From Octopus vulgaris (lineage: Eukaryota): a stretch of DNA of 64,000 bases. Both the position numbers and the translations under genes were made by a program. Under the pieces are notes generated by a model, which searched no databases, was not told where the DNA came from, and saw only the letters and a program-made list of their open reading frames with translations. Numbering within the stretch: the stretch's first letter is position 1; each line of letters starts with the position of its first letter. The stretch lies in NCBI GenBank assembly GCA_951406725.2, contig OX597840.1:17794001-17858000 (forward strand), given 5' to 3'. Positions 44,931-57,330 of this stretch are shown in pieces.

Positions 44931-45187
44931 ATCGACCCCAAAAGGATGAAAGATAAAGTTGACCCTGGTGGAATATGAACTCAGGGTAAAAAACCCGAAT
45001 GATCACCGCTGATCACTCATTTGATGTTCTCACGATTCCGCCAATTGGTGTTCGTCTAGGCTTAGAGATGTTGTAATATAATGTTCACATATCAAAGTAT
45101 AAGGAACTCGGCCAATATTGCTTGATATTGGTGGCTAAGATTTAAAGAATCTAAAGTCGATTCGTTTAGTTCCAAATAACCGTCATA

Positions 45188-45399
45188 CAGGGTGCGGCAA
45201 AATCTCACCCCACATTCACCACTTTCGATAAACTTTTCAACAGTAAACCTAAGATATGCATCAATTAAAACCACAGTGGCAAAATAAAATAAAACGGTAA
45301 GACTTTAGCTATATCAAGGCACCATTAACACCTGCCTAAAGTTACCAATACCACACCTATAACTATCTAATTTGGGTGATGTTTTTCTGCCGCACCTTG
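45188..45399. mobile_element. Tc1/mariner-type MITE
   Basis: TA-CAGGGTGCGGCAAAATCTCACCC ... GGGTGATGTTTTTCTGCCGCACCTTG-TA. Confidence 0.85.
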
Positions 45400-45906
45400 T
45401 ATAAACTTCGGTGTATCTTCACTCGCTCACTGATTTCCGCCATTTTTTTTAACTTCCACCTCTAAACTTTCCTTTATCATACAATTTATTTATTTCTGTT
45501 TTGTTTTTTTTTAACGGTTTTCGGAAATTTGTGAATATCAGAGATTCAAAAATCTGCAATAAAAATTAGATTTGTTATCTATTTTACATAATAAAACGTA
45601 ATAAGCGTGAGTCCAAATGACTGACTGGTATATTTATTTTTAATACTGTTATGAAGGAGAGCAATTTCAGCTTCTGTGACAGTCGGCAATTATCTGCGGC
45701 AATAGGAAGAACTAATCTGGTAAATATAATTTAAAATGACGCTACTCGAAACACTGTTCTCTAGTTCTACAAAAGACATTGAATAATGGATCCAAAATTA
45801 ATTCTAATAAGAAATAATGTTAATTGATCACGTGGCTGATTTAAAGCATTCTGCACGTTTTCCTCATAAATTTTTATTGCACTTATACGAGTACTGTGAA
45901 GTGGAT

Positions 45907-46420
45907 TATATAAACTGGCGAAAGGCGGCGAGCTGGCAGAAACGTTAGCACGTCGGGCGAAATGCGTAGCCGTATTTCGTCTGCCGTTAAGTGTTCTGGG
46001 TTCAAATTCCGCCGAGGTCGACTTTGCCTTTCATCCTTTCGGGGTCGATAAATTAAGTACCAGTTACGCACTGGGGTCGATGTAATCGATTTAATCCCTT
46101 TGTCTGTCCTTGTTTGTCTCCTCTATGTTTAGCCCCTTGTGGGTAATAAAGAAATATATATAAACTGGCGAAAGGCGTCGAACTGGCAGAAACGTTAGCA
46201 CGCCGGGCGAAATGCATAGCCGTATTTCGTCTGTCGTTACGTTCCGGGTTCAAATTCCGCCGAGGTCGACTTTGCCTTTCATCCTTTCGGGGTCGATAAA
46301 TTAAGTACCAGTTACGCACTGGGGTCGATGTAATCGACTTAATCCCTTTGTCTGTCCTTGTTTGTCCCCTCTGTGTTTAGCCTCTTGTGGGTAGTAAAGA
46401 AATATATATAAACTGGCGAA
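45907..46420 (+). mobile_element. Two full-length SINE-B1 copies framed by three copies of a 16-bp TSD
   Basis: tatataaactggcgaa at 45907, 46157 and 46405. Confidence 0.92.
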
Positions 46421-46459
46421 TTTATGCATGGTGGTCGAGAGTTATAGTAATAATAATAA

Positions 46460-47022
46460 TAATAACTTTTTCTACTAAAGGTACAAGGCCTGACATTTGG
46501 GGGTGGCGGGGTCACTGCTACTTAATTTATCGATCTCGAAAGGATTAAAGGCAAAGTCAACCTCGGCAGAATTTGAACTCAGGACGAAAGGACGGACAAA
46601 ATGCCGTTAAGCATTTTGCCCGGCGTTCTAAAGACTCTGACACCTCGCAGCCGCCTTCTGAGTTCAAATTACGCCGAGGTCGACTTTGCCTTTAATCTTT
46701 TCGGAGTAGATTAAATAAGTACCAGTTACGCACTGGGGTCGATATAATCGACTTAATCCGTTTGTCTGTCCTTGTTTGTCCCCTCTGTGTGTAGCCCCTT
46801 GTGGGCAGTAAAGAAATAAGAATCGTTAGCACGCCGGGCGAAATGCTTTGCGGTATTTCACCCGTCGCTACGTTCTGAGTTCAAATTCCGCCGAGGACAA
46901 CTTTGCCTTTCATCCTTTCTTGTCGATTAAATAAGTACCAGTTACGCACAGGGGTCGATGTAATTGACTTAATCCCTTTGTCTGTCCTTGTTTAGCCCCT
47001 TCTGGATAATAAAGAAATAAGA
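46460..47022. mobile_element. SINE-B cluster: one minus copy, then two tandem plus units
   Basis: Junction aagaaataagaatcgttagc at ~46811. Confidence 0.8.
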
Positions 47023-47029
47023 ATAGTAC

Positions 47030-47118
47030 TGACAGCGACCCTGAAGTTTCGGTTTGCTTAGCTTTCATGAGGAGGGCTGATAAAGGCTAAGCAGGCCGAA
47101 ACTTCAGGGTCACTATCA
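47030..47118. ncRNA. Palindromic pair of hammerhead-like motifs, each with one core mutation
   Basis: +: CTGATAA-aggctaagcaggcc-GAAA-cttcagg-GTC; -: CTCATGA-aagctaagcaaacc-GAAA-cttcagg-GTC; arm consensus is CTGATGA. Confidence 0.65.
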
Positions 47119-47583
47119 ATTCTAACCTTAAAGAATTATATATATATATATGTGTATGTATGTATGTATGTATGTGTGTATGTATGTATGTATGTATGTA
47201 AATGAGCAATAAGTACCCTAAATCCAGTACCCTAAATTTCGCGGCAACATGAATTACATTAACCGATTTACAGACATCTTACGTGTGTGTCTTGATATTA
47301 AATATAATCCATTACACCGATGGTGAAGTCTAATTCTTTTGTAGTTGCTTGGTCTGTCAGCTCTCTCCCCCTCTCTCTCCCCTCTCTCTCTCCCTTCTCT
47401 GTCCTCCTGTCTCCCTCTCCCTCTCCCTCTCTCACAGACACACACACTGAATTACTACAATATATCAACGTCCTATTCAATCACGATGCACATACATACA
47501 TTGTGTGAGTGCATGTATGTATGCATGCATGCATGTATGTGCACGCGTGTGTGTTTGTATGTATATATAAATATATATATATC

Positions 47584-47665
<82 letters not shown>

Positions 47666-48418
47666 GAACATGTGTGTGTGATTTTATATATGTATATATA
47701 TGAATGTATCTCTGTGTAACCCGCTAAAAGCCTCGTTGTCCTTGAAACCTTAATTCCCATTCAAAGACGAAGTTAAGCTAAGCTTAATACATTCCAAATG
47801 ATAACGATCTGTAGACCTGACACACCCTGAAGTAAACCAGGGTGTTGTTACACCCGTGGCACCCTCCACGTGGGTGTTCCCTAGATCTGCTAGAAATAGC
47901 AGCCAAATCTCCCTCTAATCACAGACCCGTTACAGCCTTCAGTTTATCAATGTGTTGTTACGAGGCAACCTCCATGTGGTTCGTTCACGCAAAATGCTAA
48001 AAGTAGCAGCCAAATCTCCATCCTATCACAGCCGTCAGCATATTTACAAGGAAAGACACATTCGATGAATTGGTCGTAGATTCCTCACCGCGTATGAAAT
48101 AGATGGCTTGGTCACGGCTGGAATGTCTCTGATCAACGTCCCCTTGATCATACATACATACATGTATAATTAGGTATACATGCATGAATGTATCTATTCA
48201 TGTATGTGTATGCATGTATGTATGCGTCTATATGTATGTATATATGTATGTCTATATGTATGTATGTATGTATGTATTTATGTATGTATGTATGTATGTA
48301 TGTATGTATGTATGTATGTATGTATGTATGTATGTATGTATATATGTATGTCTATATGTATGTATGTATGTATGTATGTATTTATGTATGTATGTATGTA
48401 TGTATGTATGTATGTATG

Positions 48419-48452
<34 letters not shown>

Positions 48453-48615
48453 TGTATGTATGTATATATGTATGTATGTACGTATGTGTGTCCCTATTCA
48501 GCTTTAGTTCAAGATTTTTTGTCAATAAAGAACCGGTTTCTAACCTAGATTCAAGACTCCTTCATTGGAATTTCAACAGCAACAACAGGGTTTTTTTGTA
48601 TGTATGTATGTATGA

Positions 48616-49665
48616 TAGATTTCTTTATTAGCCACGCAGGACCGATACACAGAGGGGACAATACATTGTAGAATTTTTCTATCCGAAAACGATCAAATTG
48701 GATCGAAAACGTTTTGGGACGTGTACACAAGGAAATGACAAATGTGTCGTTTTTAACAATTAGATTTTCTCGGGGGGAGTAAACATAACATTGACTAGGT
48801 TTATCTGTGGGAAGAAAAGCCGACGAAAAATATCCACTGTAACCTCGGAAACGAAAAAACGTAGCAGGAGAGCAAGGAGTTCTTTCTGTATTTCTTTTAT
48901 AGGATTATGCTCAAGGCGATTTCGTCTTTCATATGTACCATCCTTGCCACATTCACCCACCTTTTGTTAAACTTTTCTTAAGACAAAACCTCCCTCTCTA
49001 TTCTCACCTTCTTTTACAAGTGATACCTGAAAAAGGTTATCCAGAGAGGAAAGTGTTTGTTTCTAAACGTTTCAAACGAGTCCACCATACACATTCTTTC
49101 ACCATAGCCACCAGTATAATGAAAACTGCCTGGCCTTCCCGATTAAAGGAAGGTGGCGGGGGCAATATTCCCGATAGACTCGACTGACAACCGAATTCGT
49201 CCAACACGTGACAGCAGCCGTTCGACATTTGCCCACAGGTCTGAAAAATGTTTGGACATTGCACGAGTGCATGCAGAACGGTTTCGTCGCTCTGACCACA
49301 TCTCGGAAAGGTCGGTCTGGTGTTTCTTAAATCGTGTCTGTAGAGCTTATCTCGATCGGGCAATGCTTCCCGGTAGCACTGCCAGACCACGGACCTCTGG
49401 AAATTGTCCATAGGTTCTGGCTCAAAAGTGAAATCGAAGAGGCGGGTCAGGTATTCCCCGTCGACGCCCAGAGTTTCCCCAACGACGTTGTCGCACCTCC
49501 CCTCGAGAGCATGGCGACTTGCTGTACCATTCGCCTAGCCTCGATCTCTGCTTGATCAATGACTGCAGTTCAGTGAATGAGACGAGCTGCAGGAAGGTGG
49601 GTCTCACAAACGACGACCGCACTTGTTCACCGTCGTCTATGAAACGCTGGAGATGCCGCAGTCTC
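48616..49665 (-). mobile_element. L1/Tx1-like LINE 3' end (zf-RVT region + 3' UTR) within (TATG)n
   Basis: W.CYREALP.RDKLYRH....PTFPRCGQSDETVLHALVQCP; AATAAA near the 3' end (~48628); (TATG)n on both flanks. Confidence 0.75.
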
Positions 49666-49811
49666 AGTATGTATGTATGAGAGCAATTATGTTAGAGTAA
49701 TTTTTTTCCAGTGCCGTAATCGTTACCATTCTGGATAAATAACTTGGCTGACGAAATGGATTTTTTGATGTTTAACATCCTTTCCTTTAATTGTCATCTA
49801 CGTCTTTCACG

Positions 49812-49863
<52 letters not shown>

Positions 49864-49966
49864 CTGTGAATATACATATATATGCGTAGAATATAGATAT
49901 ACACTCGCGCACACATATTTGAGTATATCTATGTATATATGCACACAAACTCTCTCTCTCTCTCTC

Positions 49967-50008
<42 letters not shown>

Positions 50009-50445
50009 ACATATATATATATAATATGCATGTGGAGAAGGTAGACTATTTCTAACAATAACAACGTGAAAACAATAGCAATCTCAAAGGAGCAAGACTG
50101 CATCCAGTCCGCCATTAACTTGCTAAGGTCATTCACACACAGGGACAAGGAGATGGCGGCGATATATCCCAACAGTTTTTGGCAGTCTACCCAGTAGGAA
50201 CCATTGATCTAGTTTATGCAAACAATATGGGATTAACTCACAGCCAGCTCGCTATTAAATTCTCCATTCAACTTGTCAATTCAATCCACTAAAGCAAATA
50301 TAAAGACATACACAAACATACATATATATGCACGCATTTATAAACACATAAACACATTCTCTCCTTTCCTTCCTCCCTTTCTTTTTCCGTTTCTCTACAA
50401 TATCAATCTCTGTATCGGAATTTCTATTTATCATCTATCTGTCTG

Positions 50446-50537
<92 letters not shown>

Positions 50538-50981
50538 CATATATACATACATACATACATCTTTCGATCGATCGATCTATGTATGTGTGTATAGCCATCC
50601 ACTATACCCAACCGGTCCAGTAGGAAGTCTGAATAGCCACCTACGTATCATACTTAATGCATAAACCCAACTGACTGGCAAGTTACTGCGGTATTTGTTC
50701 AGTGATAATATCGACAGATATTCTGTGTTTAAAAACTCCACACACACACACACGCACACGTATGTATGTATGTATGTATGTATGTATGTATGTATGTATG
50801 TATGTATGTATGTATGTATGTATGTATGTATGTATGTATGTATGTATGTATGTATGTATGTATGTATGTATGTATGTATGTATGTATGTATATATATGTG
50901 TGTGTGTGTGTGTGTGTATGTATATATATATGTATATGTATGTGTATATATGTATGTATGTATGTATGTAGTATGTATGTA

Positions 50982-51036
<55 letters not shown>

Positions 51037-51150
51037 AATCTATCAAACTTTGTAAATACTTTCTCTAATGATGTTTGAATAAGCTTCAACATTAAACATG
51101 TATTTGGCCTGCTCTAAAGTCCCAAATATTTGAGCCCATGAAATCTCTGG

Positions 51151-51181
<31 letters not shown>

Positions 51182-52021
51182 TGGATGGATGGATGGATGG
51201 ATGGATGGATGGACGGATGGAGGGAGGGATGGATGGATGGATGGAGGGAGGGAGAGAGGGATCCATAGACTTTTCCGCGCTTTCAGTAAAGTACATCACT
51301 TAACAGTTTATCAACACATTTTCGTTTTTTTTATTTCGTTGTCTCTGACGAAGATCAGGCGATAGAAAGTAACTTTTTTCTTTTTGTTATTATTTAAACC
51401 TAACTTTCTTATTTACATGATAGTAAGCCTTAATGTAATTTTCATTCTTAATTGAAGTCTCGCATATGGTGTTTATTTATGAGGAGAGGAAGTTACCAAA
51501 CCTCGCAGAACAGAAGCCAAAATGATTAATACGAAACAGCGCAGGGATATAAAACGATTGAAGGAGATAAACACAACATGGCTGCTTTTAACGACGAAGA
51601 GATAAACAAAAGGGAGTTATGGGTAAAGGTCTTAATTACTATCATTTAATTGTCGTACCTGACAATGAAATAATTAAGTGCTGATTAAGAGTTAATTAGC
51701 GTGTGAACGCTAATTCAATTCCCGCATCAATCTTCACACACAAACAAGCGCACGCGTGCGGTTATATTTTTATTGGTATTTTTTAGTTACAAACGGCTTA
51801 GTTGTCAAACTCGATTATACGACATCATAAGATTGTTCGGGAATTTCCATAAAATGTTTTCTTTTTTATTTCTTTACTCCTCTTTGGGCGGCGACAGTTG
51901 CTTTGAAGTGAGAGCAGAAATTGAAAGAGAGGAGAAAGTGATAAGCCGACATTTGCTTTGAAGTGAGAGAAGAAGGTGAAAGAAAAGAGAAAGTGAAAGA
52001 TAGACATGTATGTGTCCGTGT

Positions 52022-52062
<41 letters not shown>

Positions 52063-52129
52063 CTTGTGTGTATTTATGTATGTATAGAATGGTGGTGGCA
52101 GAGAACAATATCAGGTAACTTGGAGAGAG

Positions 52130-52910
52130 GCTTGGAGACAGGTATACTTAGGAAGGGAAGAAGCAAAACGGAGGAAATTTGCCAATGTTCTGTGGCATGA
52201 AGACCAGATTGTTAAACCGTGTGTCAGAGAAAATTGTGGTACTGTTGGAGAGAAGTGGATTCGCATGGATGATGGCTCACTTGCAGTTAGTGATTCTGTA
52301 AAGAAGGAGGCTTGAAAGTTCCACTATAAAAAGTGAAGAATGCATGGGAAAAGGAGAATCTGCTTAATGTGGAAGCAGCAGTGGAGCGGGCAATCCAAAT
52401 CGACGGTAGTTTAGTAGATAATACAATTAAGGATCTGAAGATTCCATCGGGAATCGCTGCTGAGATGCTTAAAACATCTGATGGAGCGGGATATAGCCTA
52501 ATCACCCGTATAGATTAATCAGGTTGTCCATGGGGTAGTCATATGCAATGATTGGTGTAGCAGCATTATGGTCAGTTGCTACAAAGGTAAAGGTGATGCC
52601 TTAGACAGAAATGATTACAGAAGTATCGAATTGCTTGACCAAGTGATGAAGGTTACAGAAAGGGTCATAACACAATTAATTAAGAAGATAGCGTAGATAA
52701 AATGCAGTTTGCATTTGTGCCAGGTTGAAGCACCACCGATGCTATCTTCCTGATGAGGCAACTGCAGAAGTGCTTGGCCAAAAATAAACCCTTGTATTTG
52801 GCTTTTGCTGACATGCAAAAAGCCTTTGACAGGGTCCTCCGCTCCCTTGTCTGGTGGGCAGTGCGGAAGCAAGGGATAGATGAATGGTTGGTCAGGGCTG
52901 TGAGAGTTGA
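52130..52910 (+). pseudogene. RTE-clade LINE reverse transcriptase fragment
   Basis: PSGIAAEMLK, DWCSSIMVSCYKGKGDALDRNDYRSIELL, LYLAFADMQKAFDRV; stops and frameshifts. Confidence 0.85.
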
Positions 52911-52992
52911 AATATAAAAATGAAATGATTGTCCAAAATATGCAGGGTTTTTTATAAATTATATTTAGAAATTCTACAAGTATCGTGTAGAC

Positions 52993-53273
52993 CAGTGGTT
53001 CCCAAAGTGGGCAGTATTGCACCCCACCGCCCACCGGTAGCAGTGGAAAGTTCCAAAGGGCGTTGAAGAAAAGTGGGGCGATAATGGGGTAGCGATTCAT
53101 GTAAAAACAACAAAATATTGGGTTCATTAAGTTAAGTATTATTTGAGAAATAGAGTTGCTTTGAATTTGCTTCAGAAAGAGGTCTATGCTTGTGATGGTT
53201 ATTTGGGTTGGGGTGCTAGGAATGTGCTTGAGTGTCAAGAGGGCGGCAGCCCCAAAAAGTTTGGGAACCACTG
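52993..53273. mobile_element. hAT (Charlie-like) MITE
   Basis: TIRs CAGTGGTTCCCAAA / TTTGGGAACCACTG; imperfect 8-bp TSD gtgtagac/atgtagat. Confidence 0.88.
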
Positions 53274-53491
53274 ATGTAGATAGAAATGCTGCGTGCAACC
53301 AATGGAGCATACATATAAGTGTTCTGATGTTTCTAATAAAACTATTTGTTTGCCTATGATTTCCAGTAAACCCGGCTGATTTGTCCTTATTTCCCTTTTC
53401 TTTTTCCGAATTTTTCCAATTGTAATGATAATTTATGGAATTTATGGACACCCTATATATATATATATATATATATGTATATGTGTGTGTG

Positions 53492-53560
<69 letters not shown>

Positions 53561-53667
53561 TTATTTATTTATCTATTTATTGTTGTTTGTTCCTTCTCGA
53601 ACCACGCCTGACTCATAGGGCCGGTTTCCTTGGCGTATAGGTTTCCCACCTATATATATATATATAT

Positions 53668-53901
53668 ACCGGAGTAAACACATAAATGTGAAACAAGGTG
53701 GAAAAAAGAGTACTCAAATACCAGTGGTAGAGTAATATGCTTTATTTTAAGCAGCAGAAAATTCAACAAAACCTGTTACTCTGAGTTTCTCGTTGCCGTT
53801 CATCAGACAGTTTTTCTAGCAAAAACTGTCTGATGAACGGCAACGAGAAACTCAGAGTAACAGATTTTGTTGAATTTTCTGCTGCTTAAAATAAAGTATA
53901 T
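53668..53901 (-). mobile_element. PLE-like terminal repeat with inverted duplication and a hammerhead on both strands
   Basis: Near-perfect IR 53735-53815 / 53821-53901; aaaaactgt-CTGATGA-acggcaacga-GAAA-ctcagag-TA-acagRtttt; AATAAA downstream; (TA)n on both flanks. Confidence 0.8.
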
Positions 53902-53904
53902 ATA

Positions 53905-53952
<48 letters not shown>

Positions 53953-54064
53953 AAAAGCAATAAAGATTCAAGTTAATTTAAATGAATTTACTTGAATATG
54001 GTACCTAACTTAGATGCACCAAAAAAAACTATACTGTTTTAACAATACAGTAATGTGGGGTGAT

Positions 54065-54759
54065 TATAAGTGAGAAAGAAGCAACAAGAATGGATAGGTT
54101 TTTAGTACAATCGTTTCATACAAGGACAGGCTTTATTAAAAGTTGCAAAAATTACAGCATATAAACGTGTCCCGTACTCATCAGCTAAAATACATGTGAG
54201 TTCTCTAGACATCCTATTGGTTGAGGCTATACTCATGAGGTAATGTAGATAATTAAGTAACATAAACAGATTTCCAAAGTTCATTAAAGTTCTTTAAAGA
54301 TGATGTATAGTCTTATCACAGAATTTTAAAAAGTTTTAATAGCATCACAGAGAAGGTGACCTAATCCATAGTGCACATATGAATTTCCAGAGATATGAGG
54401 AGGGATTACATACTCACAGACGACAAATTTATCCATTGTTAATCACAACGAGGTGGGTCTCAATTCCTGCTTATTAGCATTACAGAGAGGGTGAATTAAT
54501 CCTTTGTATAGATGCACAATTTCCAATGGTGTAGATGTAAATTTCCAGAGAAATGAAGAGGAATTTCATATTCACAGGCGATAAATTTATCAATGGTTGA
54601 ACACAATGAGGTAGGTATCAATTCTTGTTATATGATTAGGTATTTGCCACATTAATCACATTACTGCTATTTACAAGAGGCTGTAGCTATTTAACTTTTA
54701 AAGTCCTTGTATGAAACGATTGTACTAAAAACCTATCCATTCTTGTTGCTTCTTTCTCA

Positions 54760-54765
<6 letters not shown>
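54065..54765 (-). mobile_element. PLE-like element bounded by 63-bp perfect inverted repeats, with an internal diverged tandem duplication
   Basis: IR 54065-54127 / 54703-54765; tandem units ~54339-54474 and 54475-54630. Confidence 0.7.
54100..54190 (-). ncRNA. Type I hammerhead ribozyme with canonical core
   Basis: ttttag-CTGATGA-gtacgggaca...tgtccttgtat-GAAA-cgattg-TA-ctaaaa: perfect 6-bp stem I, ~10-bp stem II with large loop, short quasi-palindromic stem III, GUA cleavage triplet. Confidence 0.8.
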
Positions 54766-54794
<29 letters not shown>

Positions 54795-55199
54795 GCTTGT
54801 TCATTCACCTGTCTTTGTCTTTTGTTTGTCTGTAAATTTTAGCTACATATATATATAAGCATGGCTTAGTGATTAGGGTTTTGCACTCACGATTGCGACC
54901 GGGCGTTGCGTTGTGTTCTTGAGCAAAGCACTTCATTTCCTGTTACTCTGTGATCATTTCGACATTCTGACATGTGGCACCCAGTTGCACCTGTACAGGT
55001 AATGTCGATCTGATGGAAGGAGTGAGCTTATGTCTACACAAACGTTTGATCACTATAAACAAATCATCATTGTGGTTGTTCGGCAAGAAATCGTCAAACC
55101 CTCATGCGTCATTTAACGATAGGAGAGTCCATTAGGGATAACAGGTTAACAAAATAAGTACTAGGATCGATTCGGTCGACTAAAATTCTAAGTGTAGTA

Positions 55200-55558
55200 T
55201 GGAGCTTGCTTCTCAACCATGCGATTCCGGGTTCAGTCCCACTGCGTGGCACCTTGGGCAAATGCCTTCTACTATAGCCTCGGGCCGACCAAAGCCTTGT
55301 GAGTGGATTTGGTAGACGGAAACTGAAAGAAACCCGTCGTGTGTATATGTTTGTGTGTCTGTGTTTGTCTCCCCAACATCGCTTGACAACCAATGCTGGT
55401 GTGTTTACGTCCCGTAACTTAGCGGTTCGGCGAAAGACACCGATAGAATAAGTACTAGGCATACAAAGAATAAGTCCCGGGGTCGATTTGCTCGACTAAA
55501 GGCGGTGCTCCAGCATGACCATAGTCAAATGACTAAAACAAGTAAAAGAGTAAAAGAG
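55200..55558 (+). mobile_element. SINE-A copy; inverted diverged copy at 57400-57762
   Basis: Matches the 37171 copy. Confidence 0.85.
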
Positions 55559-56016
55559 AAAACTGAAAAAAAGTAAAACCCCAAAACATGACTAGAGTTA
55601 ATTTATTCAACTGTAAACACTTCTAGACGGTGCCCCAGCGTGGCCGCAGTTCAATGACTAGAACAAGCGAAAAATAGAAGAAAATGATAAGAAGAAAATG
55701 ATAAGAAGAAAATGATAAGTGTATAAGTCGCACCTAAAGTGAAACAGGTAGGAAAATAATGAAAATATTTCAAAGTAGGCAATAAAGGAAGAAGGATCGG
55801 TTGCGTGACAAAGGAGGCGGAGTGAGGAAGTGGTGGCGTTGCTTCATGACAAACGGAAAACAAAAAGGTTGGTTGTTGGTTGTGTTTATTTTGTGAACTG
55901 AGTGGAAATGTGTGGGTTTGAACCGGATATCGAGATTAAGAGAGTGTTTTCAGGTTGATGCATCTAAGTAAACACGAGGAATGCCTGGGTGAATGGGTGA
56001 ATGGGTGACGGGTAGA

Positions 56017-56119
<103 letters not shown>

Positions 56120-56346
56120 AGGAGAGAATGTAGATGTATATGTTTACATGTGTGTGTGTGTGTGTGTGAATGCATGTGCCTATGTGCCTATGTGTGTAAG
56201 TGTGTGCACGCGTTTGGGCATGTGTATGTGTGTGTGTGTGTGTGTCTGGGTGGATATAAGAGTGTGTGTATGAGTACATGTGCATATATGTGTGGATGCA
56301 TGTGCATATGTGTGCATATGTGAGTGTGTGCACGCGTGTCTGGGTA

Positions 56347-56389
<43 letters not shown>

Positions 56390-56675
56390 AAATAAAAGTA
56401 TTCTCCAAATATTTGCTATGAATAAGCACAGAAATTTACTTAAATTTAAGACTGAGTTGTTCTTTGTAAAGTATTTGTGCAGCCATGCGAATAATGACCT
56501 TCAATGGGAAAAATTATCTAACGCGCGCACATTTTATTTTTCCCTTTTGTGCGCAAGTTGAAAGACGTGCGCGCGCACAAGCGCACAACTCAATACCAAA
56601 CACTGGTACACGCATACATGCTTATGTATACACACACACACACGCACGCCCTCACATACACAGAAATCTAGGTGT

Positions 56676-57330
56676 GAATATTGGAAAATGTAGAAGGTGG
56701 CGAACTGGCAGAAACGTTAGCACGCCGGGTGAAATGCTTTGTGGTATTTCGTCTGCCGTTACTTTCTGAGTTCAAATTCCGCCGAGGTCGACTTTACCTT
56801 TCATCCTTTCGGAGTCGATAAATAAAGTACCAGTTTCGCACTGGGGTCGATGTAATCGACTTAATCCCTTTGTCTGTCCTTGTTTGTCCCCTCTATGTTT
56901 AGCCCCTTGTGGGCAATAAAGAAATAGAAATAGGTATTTCATTTGCCGCTATGTTCTGAGTTCAAATTCTGCCGAGGTCGACTTTGCCTTTCATCCCTTC
57001 AGGGTCGATAAATAAAGTACCAGTTATGCACTGAGGTCGATGTAATCAACTTAATTCGTTTGTGTGTCCTTGTTTGTCCCCTCTATGCTTAACCCCTTGT
57101 GGGCAATCAAGAAATAAGAAACGTTAGCATGCCCAGGTGAAATACTTAGCGGTATTTCGTCAGTCTTTACGTTCTGAGTTCAAATTCCACCGAGTCGACT
57201 TTGCCTTTCATCCTTTCGGGGTCGATTAATTAATTACCAGTTACGCACTGGGATCGATCTAATCGCCTGGACCCCTCCCCAAAAATTTCGGGACTTGTGC
57301 CTAGAGTAGAAAAGAATATTGGAAAATGTA
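56676..57330 (+). mobile_element. Three-unit SINE-B composite (B1-B1-B2) within one 17-bp TSD
   Basis: gaatattggaaaatgta at 56676-56692 and 57314-57330; internal junctions gaaata|ggtatttc and gaaata|agaaacgttagc. Confidence 0.88.

Noticed and set aside
52615-53451. 278-aa minus-strand ORF
   Set aside because: Runs across a hAT MITE and the antisense of an RTE fragment; no coherent protein.
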